Positions 8,290-15,161 of a DNA stretch of 24,000 nucleotides are shown here, one piece after another. The stretch is from Methylohalobius crimeensis 10Ki (GTDB lineage Bacteria > Pseudomonadota > Gammaproteobacteria > Methylococcales > Methylothermaceae): contig NZ_ATXB01000002.1 in assembly GCF_000421465.1 (NCBI RefSeq), positions 276,690 to 300,689 of the forward strand, in the 5' to 3' direction. Numbering within the stretch: the first letter of the stretch is position 1; each line of letters opens with the position of its first letter. The translations under genes were made by a program, and so were the position numbers. Under the pieces are notes generated by a model. The model searched no databases. It saw nothing but the letters and a program-made list of their open reading frames with translations, and was not told where the DNA came from.

Positions 8290-8559
8290 TTATCGATCGT
8301 TGCTGCGTAACAGGTAATAATCCTCCAGTTCCGGTTCCGGCAGCGCATCCGAAACCCGCTCGTCCTCGGCCTCGATCACCCTTTCGAGCATGGCCCGTTT
8401 CGTTACGCCGTAATGCTTGGCCAGGCGGTTCAATGCGTGCCAGGCCGATTCGCCGACGAACAGATTGATCCGGCGCTCACCGCCCCTGCCCGCGACCCGC
8501 TTATCCCGGTACCGCCGCTGCCGTTCAGCGTCGCTCAATGCCATGATCCTGTTCTCCAT
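8290..8559 (-). CDS. Small DNA-binding regulator, probably ribbon-helix-helix
   Basis: 89 aa. LSDAERQRRYRDKR... is followed by RINLFVGESAWHALNRLAKHYGVTKRAMLERVIE, a strand-helix-helix pattern. The gene ends 2 nt before the recombinase start. GTT-N7-AAC sites lie at both ends of the gene. Confidence 0.6.
   Translation of the reverse strand: MENRIMALSDAERQRRYRDKRVAGRGGERRINLFVGESAWHALNRLAKHYGVTKRAMLERVIEAEDERVSDALPEPELEDYYLLRSNDR
8299..8311. repeat. GTT-N7-AAC motif copy 1 (GTTGCTGCGTAAC)
   Basis: Lies in the last codons of the regulator gene, 12 nt before the recombinase ATG. Confidence 0.6.
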
Positions 8560-8564
8560 CGTTC

Positions 8565-8577
8565 GTTACTGCGTAAC
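8565..8577. repeat. GTT-N7-AAC motif copy 2 (GTTACTGCGTAAC; internal 5-3-5 palindrome)
   Basis: Lies 6 nt upstream of the regulator start codon (8559), which is the position expected for an autoregulatory operator. Confidence 0.6.
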
Positions 8578-9154
8578 ATAACTTAGCATCGTACTGCCGG
8601 AACGTGAAATCCCCAACGACCCCGCCTGGAACGGTGAATATTAATATAGAGTTTAAAGGCACTCTACCGAGCCTATGGGGACGATGCCGTCTCGCCGCAT
8701 CGGGCGGTCCCTACGGTCCGGGACTCGGACAATGCCGATCGCCACTGACGCCTGGCGGAAGCGGATCCCTCCATTCCGGGATCTGGAAACATCAGCAATT
8801 TTTACAGCGTACCGCGATCTCAAATCCTCGAAAGGACGGCGGGGGATCGCTGCGGACCGGCCGTCCGCGGGTATCGCCGTTTCTCCGGCAGACAGATTGC
8901 CGGGTATTGGTATCGCGCGCGCTGAGCCATGCCTGCCGGAAGATGCCGCTTCCGGTGACCGTCCCTGGCCGCCTGGCCCGACCGGTGACGCCCCTACAGT
9001 CCGGAGCCGGACGTGTCGGTTGCGCGCGAAAAATGGCCGCCCTTTCTTCTGGAAAGGGGTTTTAGTGTGAGTTTTGACCCGACTTTTGAACCACGCCGAT
9101 AGCACGGCCTTCCCCTCGATACCGCTTGGTACGGGGGTTGCCGGGTCGCCTGCG

Positions 9155-9198
9155 GCGCCCGTCTCTGTCGCGAGCGGAGCGAGCACAGAGACGGGCGC
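9155..9198. repeat. 14-bp perfect inverted repeat with a 16-nt spacer
   Basis: GCGCCCGTCTCTGT (9155-9168) pairs with ACAGAGACGGGCGC (9185-9198). Confidence 0.9.
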
Positions 9199-9223
9199 GT
9201 GCTGGTCGATTCGGTTCCCGCTC

Positions 9224-9425
9224 GGATGTTTCTCCGCAACATCCTCGCAGTGCCGATGGTCCGCCTGTTCCTTCGTAACAGGCTGTTGCGGCAGCGCCTT
9301 GCCCGCCGTTTCTCCGCAACGATCGGGCGGCGGCGGTTTGCCGTTGGTTGAGGTGGATTCCGCTCAAGCGTTCCTCCGTAACGCTCTCGCCGTGCCATTG
9401 GATCGGCCGTTGCTACGTAACGGCC
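9224..9425. repeat. Array of five phased GTT-N7-AAC hairpin repeats
   Basis: The 13-nt motif starts at 9228, 9267, 9308, 9370 and 9409, giving spacings of 39, 41, 62 and 39 bp. The consensus is GTTNCTNCGYAAC. Four copies extend to 6-7-bp stems whose outer bases differ but stay complementary: GGATGTT/AACATCC, GCCTGTT/AACAGGC, AGCGTT/AACGCT and GGCCGTT/AACGGCC. A degenerate copy lies at 8879-8891. Confidence 0.8.
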
Positions 9426-9839
9426 TGAAGAGGAAACACCTTGTTCGCCATTTCGGCGTAAACGCGCCTTGTCTCGATTCCGGGAGGAAATCGAGGGATG
9501 GCCGGCTTCTTCCGCCGGCAATGCCCTGTCAAGGGGATGGCTAGGGCGGTGGGTTTCGGTCTTTTGACCGGTATGGCCAGTCGAGGCGGAGCCCCGGAAG
9601 GGCCTGTGTTGATAGATACCCGCGTTCGGAACCGAGGATCCGGCCGCAGGAAAGTGCGGGTTGCGCTGCGGCTATGGGTCCGCGAGGTTTAATGAGGCGC
9701 GGGCCTCATGGGGTTCCCGCTTTTTATAGAGGCGGGAGGCCTCCTGGGTTCCGACTTTGCCCAAGTCGGCAGGGTTACGCACCACAAATTATGTTTACCC
9801 AGGCTCGGGGTTGTCAACCTGGATCACCGAAAACCGCTT

Positions 9840-10040
9840 AAGACGTACTTTTATTGAATATTAGTTCAATACATATCGCCAGTAATATCAGAAAGGAACG
9901 AGTAATTCTATTTCTGAAAAATTAAAAAACATGTTAATTCAAGTAATATTCAATAATTGTGAGTTAAAATATCTTGTTGCAGTGATCATTAAGTTGATAT
10001 CCGGGAAATATGTTTTATAATTCAACTTATATGCAACTAA
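9840..10040. promoter_or_regulatory. AT-rich repeat region upstream of the parM-like gene; candidate parC-type centromere/promoter
   Basis: There is an abrupt switch to AT-rich sequence. The 12-bp inverted repeat TTATTGAATATT (9851-9862) pairs with AATATTCAATAA (9945-9956). AGTAAT occurs at 9881, 9901 and 9942, and WTTCAA motifs recur. Confidence 0.45.
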
Positions 10041-10059
10041 AGTGCAGACAGGAGTATTT

Positions 10060-11040
10060 ATGTTCGTTTTCGGTCTGGATATCGGTTATTCGAATCTGAA
10101 GCTGTGCTTCGGAGAGACAGGAGAAACCCCCAAAACCGCCATACATCCCGCAGGAGCGGCACCCGCCGAACGGCTCCCCGGCAATATCAGACCGGGTTCC
10201 GGAAACGAAGGGTTCAGGGTCCAGGTCAACGGCAAATCATGGGCAGCGGGCATACATCCCAGCCGTTTCGAGATATGGGAACGGTCGTTGCATCCGGACT
10301 ACAGCCATACCGATTCCTACAAGGCGCTGTTTTACACGGCCCTGATCATGGGGGAACGGGACGAAATCGATCTGCTCGTCACTGGATTGCCGGTCACTCA
10401 GTTCGACGAAAAACGCGAATCACTGACCGGGGAAATGCAAGGAGAACACACCGTTGCCGGAAAACGCACGGTCAAAATCAAACGCGTGGAGATCGTCCCC
10501 CAACCCGTCGGCGGTTTCATGGACGCCTTGGCAAACGCCGACGCGGACACCACCGAAATGCTGGCCGAAGGCCGTGTCCTGGTGGTCGATCCCGGTCACT
10601 TCTCATTCGATTGGGTGCTGATCAACGGATCGGCTCTCCAAAAACAATCCAGTGGTTCCAGCACCGAGGCTATGTCCGCGGTCTTGGAGACAGCCGCGGC
10701 CGAAATCAGCGACGACTATGGCGGGCGGATCGAGCCAGACCGAATTGAACAGGCGTTGCAGCAAGGAAAGAATCACGTACTCCTGTTCGGGAAAAAAGTG
10801 GACTTTGCCCCCTATCTGGACCAGGCATCCCGGGAGGTATCCCTGGTCGCCATCGAAAAACTCAGAACGGCCATGCGCAAGGAAGTCGAATCCATCGACG
10901 CGGTGATCGTCCCCGGCGGTGGCGCCAAATGGTGGGTGCCGATCACCAAGGAGCTTTTCCCCGAATCCCGTGTGATATCACCGGACGAACCGATATTGGC
11001 CAACGCCAGGGGATTCTTCGAATTGGGAGCCTCCGGCTGA
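10060..11040 (+). CDS. parM: ParM/StbA-family actin-like segregation ATPase
   Basis: 326 aa with actin-fold motifs in order: FGLDIGYSNLKL, LVTGLPV, VEIVPQPVGG, VLVVDPGHFSFDW, VIVPGGGAKWW, ILANARGFF. GGAG lies 5 nt before the ATG at 10060. Confidence 0.85.
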   Translation: MFVFGLDIGYSNLKLCFGETGETPKTAIHPAGAAPAERLPGNIRPGSGNEGFRVQVNGKSWAAGIHPSRFEIWERSLHPDYSHTDSYKALFYTALIMGERDEIDLLVTGLPVTQFDEKRESLTGEMQGEHTVAGKRTVKIKRVEIVPQPVGGFMDALANADADTTEMLAEGRVLVVDPGHFSFDWVLINGSALQKQSSGSSTEAMSAVLETAAAEISDDYGGRIEPDRIEQALQQGKNHVLLFGKKVDFAPYLDQASREVSLVAIEKLRTAMRKEVESIDAVIVPGGGAKWWVPITKELFPESRVISPDEPILANARGFFELGASG

Positions 11041-11306
11041 TGTCGAAAAAACTTAGAATCACCCTGTTTATCGATGAGGATTCGATGCCGGAACTGTACC
11101 AGGAGTTGGTGAACATCCCGCCCAGGGCCCGGGCGGTACGCTGCCGGAATCTGGCGATGAGCGGGCTGCTGTTGGTCCGGGGGAACATTCCCCTGGTCAG
11201 GGAATCCCCTAAAATGGAATTGGAGGATGATATGGAAGAGGAACGATCGGCCAAGCGTGAAAAAATGCGAAAAACAGTTAAAAAACTGCTCTCTTCGACT
11301 GATTAG
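11040..11306 (+). CDS. Small ParR-like adaptor candidate (RHH-like N-terminus, charged tail)
   Basis: The ATG at 11040 overlaps the parM stop (TGATG). The 88-aa product has KKLRITLFIDEDSMPELYQELVNIPPRARAVRCRNLAMSGLLL followed by an acidic/basic tail. The assignment is by position and shape only. Confidence 0.5.
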   Translation: MSKKLRITLFIDEDSMPELYQELVNIPPRARAVRCRNLAMSGLLLVRGNIPLVRESPKMELEDDMEEERSAKREKMRKTVKKLLSSTD

Positions 11307-11611
11307 ATTCGACTGCTATTGAAATCCATTCTGATGTCACAAATTCAGAAACAACGAAAAATTACGTATTGGAAAGATTGATGTCAGCGTGTAAACATGC
11401 TGAGCATACGGAGGACCCGAAAGCTAAAGCATGGTAAATGTATGGGCAAAGAAGGCAAGAATAGCTTATCCAATGCGCCGTAAAACCCCGGCTGCATGTT
11501 TGACCAAGAGATCTGTCACTGCTGTGCAGTGAAACACTGGGGCATTATTGGTACCCGCACGGGTGGATCGCCTGTTGTCATCAGTAAGATCCCCATTGAG
11601 AAAATGATTAC

Positions 11612-13522
11612 ATGACTGATAAGCAACCCATCAACCCTCTCGACATTCTTCTGCAACTCGACTGGGCAGAGGGCGACGACTTAGAGTTTAAATCCGCCAA
11701 AGGCGGACTGCCTAAAAGTCTGTGGGAGACATACAGTGCCATGGCTAATGCCCATGGCGGGGTAATTTTGCTTGGGGTGGAAGACGACGGCCGAGTCAGC
11801 GGCGTGCATGAGCCGCGCAAACTCAAAAAGTCTTTCTGGGATACGGTCAACAATCGAGGCAAGGTCAGCCTCAATCTGTGTACCGATACCGATCTCGCCG
11901 AGGTAACGCACCCGGGTGGCCTGATACTCGCCATTCGTATTCCACAGGCGACGCGTTACCAGCGCCCGATTTTCCTGGGTCAGAACCCACTAACCGGCAC
12001 CTATCGACGCAATTACGAGGGCGACTACCGCTGTACCCCACAGGAAGTCGGCCGGATGCTATCCGACCAAGCCGAGGAGCCGGCAGACAGCCGGATACTG
12101 GAAGGCTTCGAGATGGAGGATCTCGATCTGCCCAGCCTACACCAGTACCGCCAGCGTCTCGCTTCCCATAAACCAACCCACCCTTGGCTGAGCGAGGACG
12201 ATGTAAACTTGCTCGCAAAGCTCGGTGGTTGGCGGCGCGACCGCAAAACCGGCACAGAAGGGTTAACGGTGGCTGGCTTGCTGATGTTCGGCCGCGACGA
12301 GACCTTGCGTGAAGGCGTACCCGGTTACCATGTGGACTACCGTGAACGGCTGTCTGATGATCCCGCCGAGCGGTGGAGCGACCGACTCACTGTCGATGGC
12401 ACTTGGCAGCCCAATCTATTCCAGTTCTACCTGCGAGTAGCACAGCGCCTGGTCGCTGACCTGAAACTCCCTTTCCAGCTTGATGCCGACCTCTTCCGCA
12501 AGGGGGAAACTGAAGTCCACGAGGCAATCCGCGAGGCCTTGGTAAACGCCCTGATTCACGCCGATTACAAAGGCCAAGGTGGTATCGTAGTAGAAAAATT
12601 CCGTGACGCCTTCGAGTTTTCAAACCCTGGGACCCTGCTTATCTCGTTTGATCAGCTGCTGCAAGGCAATGTCAGCGAATGTCGCAACAAGGCACTGCAA
12701 ATCATGTTCATGCTAATAGGCGCAGCCGAAAAGGCTGGCTCCGGAGTGGACAAAATGCGTAAAGGTTGGGCCTCGCAGCATTGGCGATCGCCGATGGTCC
12801 GAGAGCAAGTACAGCCAGAGCGAGTGACTTGGCGATTGCCGATGGTCAGCCTGATCCCCGACGAATCTCTGACTCGGCTCGAAGGTGTTTTCGGCAGAAA
12901 ATTCAACCAGTTCAGTCCAAACGAAGTCCAGGCGCTGGTGACCGCCGATGTCGAAGGGACTGTCGACAACTCGCGGATGCGCCAGATCTGCACCATCCAC
13001 GCAGCGGACGTGACTCGTTTGCTCCAGGGATTGGTGGCCAAAGGCGCCCTGGTACAGGAGGGGCAAGGACGGTGGAGCCGCTACCGCCTGCCAGAACCCG
13101 TTCCCTCCGTACATAAGACTGGGAGCTCCGTACATAAGACTGGGAGCTCCGTACATAAGACTGGGAGCTCCGTACATAAGACTGGGAGCTCCGTACATAA
13201 GACTGCAGACTCCGTACATAGTGAAAAACTAAGACTGATCGCCCAGCCAGCAAGAGACCAGCAGCGTTTGCAACCTGATGCAATGGAAAGAATCATTCTC
13301 GAACTTTGCCGGGGACGATGGTTAACCCGAAATCAGCTTTCAGAGCTAGTGGATCGCCACGCCGATGGCCTACGTTCACGCTTTCTGACTCCCATGGTCG
13401 CACATGGACGCTTGCGGCTGCGATATCCTGATAAACCTAACCGTGCCGATCAGGCCTACACTTCCGATGAAGGGGTTAGAGAAAATGCCGTTTCATCAAC
13501 CAAACAAGCCGGTCACCATTGA
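11612..13522 (+). CDS. AlbA_2 (divergent AAA-4) / HATPase_c_4-type putative DNA-binding regulator (COG2865-like)
   Basis: 636 aa. The N-terminus reads EGDDLEFKSAKGGLPKSLWETYSAMANAHGGVILLGVEDDGRVSGV. The middle reads HEAIREALVNALIHADY...NPG...RNKALQIMFMLIGAAEKAGSGVDKM. The C-terminus is winged-helix-like. Confidence 0.8.
   Translation: MTDKQPINPLDILLQLDWAEGDDLEFKSAKGGLPKSLWETYSAMANAHGGVILLGVEDDGRVSGVHEPRKLKKSFWDTVNNRGKVSLNLCTDTDLAEVTHPGGLILAIRIPQATRYQRPIFLGQNPLTGTYRRNYEGDYRCTPQEVGRMLSDQAEEPADSRILEGFEMEDLDLPSLHQYRQRLASHKPTHPWLSEDDVNLLAKLGGWRRDRKTGTEGLTVAGLLMFGRDETLREGVPGYHVDYRERLSDDPAERWSDRLTVDGTWQPNLFQFYLRVAQRLVADLKLPFQLDADLFRKGETEVHEAIREALVNALIHADYKGQGGIVVEKFRDAFEFSNPGTLLISFDQLLQGNVSECRNKALQIMFMLIGAAEKAGSGVDKMRKGWASQHWRSPMVREQVQPERVTWRLPMVSLIPDESLTRLEGVFGRKFNQFSPNEVQALVTADVEGTVDNSRMRQICTIHAADVTRLLQGLVAKGALVQEGQGRWSRYRLPEPVPSVHKTGSSVHKTGSSVHKTGSSVHKTGSSVHKTADSVHSEKLRLIAQPARDQQRLQPDAMERIILELCRGRWLTRNQLSELVDRHADGLRSRFLTPMVAHGRLRLRYPDKPNRADQAYTSDEGVRENAVSSTKQAGHH
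13105..13220. repeat. 21-bp tandem repeat, about 5.5 copies, in frame within the AlbA_2 gene
   Basis: The unit is CTCCGTACATAAGACTGGGAG, with four identical copies, a fifth ending GCAGA, and a partial sixth. It encodes five tandem heptapeptide units read as SVHKTGS (the fifth SVHKTAD), followed by a partial SVH. Confidence 0.95.
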
Positions 13523-13687
13523 GTGTGACAAAAGCCTCGCTGGGATAACGTTTGCCGGTGAGGGGGACGAGACCTGTACCCGGTTAAGGTGGCGGTTGGC
13601 TGCATCGTTGCTGACAACGACAGCCGGCCGGGTCTTTCTGATCTCCCCGCCAAGGGAAGGATCGAAGCTCACCCACCAGACCCTCAC
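13496..13687 (-). pseudogene. MazF/PemK-family toxin, 3'-truncated
   Basis: VWWVSFDPSLGGEIRKTRPAVVVSNDAANRHLNRVQV is a canonical PemK N-terminal half. Similarity is then lost, and the ORF stops at 63 aa inside the 3' end of the convergent AlbA_2 gene. The GTG start overlaps the antitoxin stop (GTGA). Confidence 0.65.
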
Positions 13688-13914
13688 CGCGCTTCACCGG
13701 CCACGTCCCCGATCACCCCCTCGGACCATTCCAGGGCTTCCTGCTCACGCTCCTCATCCTGAGCCATCTCCAGGTATGCGGTTTCCATGTCCTCCGGAAG
13801 CACAAACGGGCGGGCCAAATCCTCAATGAAGCGACTGATGTGGCCCCGACCGATCTTGCGGTGCAGCCCCTCATAGATGGCTTCGTCGATGTTAATGGTC
13901 AGTTTTTTGTTCAT
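13684..13914 (-). CDS. RHH-type antitoxin partnered with the mazF remnant
   Basis: MNKKLTINIDEAIYEGLHRKIGRGHISRFIEDLARPFV... is 76 aa from the ATG at 13914. The longer ORF starting at 14043 is considered an artefactual extension. Confidence 0.6.
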   Translation of the reverse strand: MNKKLTINIDEAIYEGLHRKIGRGHISRFIEDLARPFVLPEDMETAYLEMAQDEEREQEALEWSEGVIGDVAGEAR

Positions 13915-13960
13915 GGCCGTATTTACGTGTTTATAGAAAAAATTAAATGGAGCCTTACCG

Positions 13961-14413
13961 ATGAGTGCCGCAGAACGCTTCGATAGATTGCCGGACAGTG
14001 AAACCGCCGATCTAGCCCGTGCCAGCGCGACAGAATTAAGCAAACTGCTGGCACATAAGCCGGAGGCCGATCGCGCCCGTGTGCAGCTCGACGATACCGA
14101 ACTGATCCTGCCGCGCCACGCTTTGGCGTTGCTGCGTGATATTTTGACCGAAATGGCTCAAGGCAACGCCGTGACCATCGTCCCCACCCATGCCGAGCTG
14201 ACCACCCAAGAAGCGGCCAATATTCTCAATGTCTCCCGGCCATACTTGATCCAGCTTCTGGAAAAGGGGGCCATCCCCTTCACCCGCACCGGCAGTCACC
14301 GGCGGATCCGCTACCAAGACCTGATGGAATACAAGGCCGCACGTGACCGCCAGAGCCAGGAAGCGTTGGAAGAATTGGCGAAGCAAGCTCAGGAATTGGA
14401 TATGGGATACTGA
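13961..14413 (+). CDS. Excisionase-family HTH antitoxin (partner of a PIN toxin)
   Basis: ELTTQEAANILNVSRPYLIQLLEKGAIPFTRTGSHRRIRYQDLMEY is the HTH. The stop overlaps the next ATG (TGATG). Confidence 0.8.
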   Translation: MSAAERFDRLPDSETADLARASATELSKLLAHKPEADRARVQLDDTELILPRHALALLRDILTEMAQGNAVTIVPTHAELTTQEAANILNVSRPYLIQLLEKGAIPFTRTGSHRRIRYQDLMEYKAARDRQSQEALEELAKQAQELDMGY

Positions 14414-15131
14414 TGCCGTTTGTCGTCATCTACGATGCCTGTGTCCTCTATCCCGCTCACATGCGGGATTGTTTGCAGCCAAGTGGACGGTGCAAATTCA
14501 TAATGAATGGATTCGAAACTTGGTCGCAAACCGTCCTGAACTGAAGCCACATGTTAAAAGAACACGTCGGCTAATGGATCAAGCGGTTGAGGATTGCCTG
14601 GTAACGGGACATGAGCAGCTAATCGATGGCCTTGAGCTACCCGATCCGGATGACCGCCACGTATTGGCAGCAGCAATTCGGGCCGGAGCGCAGCTCATTG
14701 TAACCCAACTAATGAGCGATGAGCTCAACAAGCTTGATTACGAATATGCCTCCCGTCATACAGAGGGCATAGGGCGCCTGGCGGAAGACAGTAACTGGCA
14801 GCAACTGGAACCGGAGCAGCGCCACCAATTGCTGTCCGAGCAGAAGCTGACCCAGGCTGACCGGCCGAAAGTTGCCGTGGAGTCCACCGACGAAGTGCTG
14901 AACACCCTGGACCACTGCTCACTAGCGATGTTTGCCGACCGCGTGGCAGCCATGCCCGCCCGATTTGATCATGTCGCCAGCGCGGCTGCCGAGCTGTGTG
15001 AACCGGAAATCCAGTTTGTATCGGTACCGCGCCGCACTCTAAAAACCGAGGCGAATATTGATGCCCGGGCCGAAGAAGTGAAGGACCAGTTCAAAACAGC
15101 GCTGGAAAAAGGCCCCATTTCTGTCAAATAA
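14413..15131 (+). pseudogene. PIN-domain toxin remnant fused to the C-terminal fragment of an unrelated larger protein
   Basis: MPFVVIYDACVLYPAHMRD is in one frame. The sequence then continues in another frame as GLFAAKWTVQIHNEWIRNLVANRPELKP...LELPDPDDRHVLAAAIRAGAQLIVT. This indicates a frame-changing internal deletion near 14465. PIN similarity ends at about 14703. The remaining roughly 140 aa (...RRTLKTEANIDARAEEVKDQFKTALEKGPISVK*) look like the tail of another gene. Confidence 0.65.
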
Positions 15132-15161
15132 AGGCCCGTCAAAGAAAGGACTGCCAAAACC

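Noticed and set aside
7577-8317. 246-aa plus-strand ORF, together with the minus-strand alternative-frame ORFs 7599-8138 and 7684-7995.
   Set aside because: They overlap the tyrosine-recombinase gene, which has ordered catalytic motifs and operon coupling. The alternatives have no features.
9224-9425. Idea that the GTT/AAC hairpins are integron attC sites served by the nearby tyrosine recombinase.
   Set aside because: attC sites are ordered RYYYAAC...GTTRRRY and bound cassettes of hundreds of bp. Here the order within each unit is GTT-loop-AAC, the flanks do not fit RYYYAAC/GTTRRRY, units are only about 40 bp apart with no cassette ORFs, and the recombinase shows no obvious IntI-specific features.
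9224-9425. Idea that the array is a CsrA/RsmA-titrating sRNA, with GGA in hairpin loops on the minus strand.
   Set aside because: Only about 3-4 of 8 loops contain GGA (GCGGAGA x2, ACGGAGG, and AGGAA across a loop/stem edge). The positions conserved across all copies are CG and AG, not GGA. No csrA-like gene is in the window. It is kept only as a remote alternative.
8604-9544. Four overlapping ORFs of 131-177 aa in the large intergenic region.
   Set aside because: They overlap each other on both strands, are extremely Arg/Pro/Gly/Ser-rich, lack ribosome-binding sites and contain the hairpin repeats. They are better explained as non-coding structured DNA.
9699-9725. GCGGG...TTCCCGC followed by T5, and a second GGTTCCCGCT at 9213-9222, considered as tRNA-Gly 3'-end remnants (ICE att site).
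   Set aside because: Only about 8 nt match the remembered tRNA-Gly acceptor end (TTCCCGCT). There is no CCA-proximal or T-arm context and no partner repeat. This is too short to distinguish from chance in GC-rich DNA.
13105-13220. The tandem repeat considered as a CRISPR array.
   Set aside because: The units are directly abutting 21-mers with no spacers, and they lie in frame inside a coding sequence.
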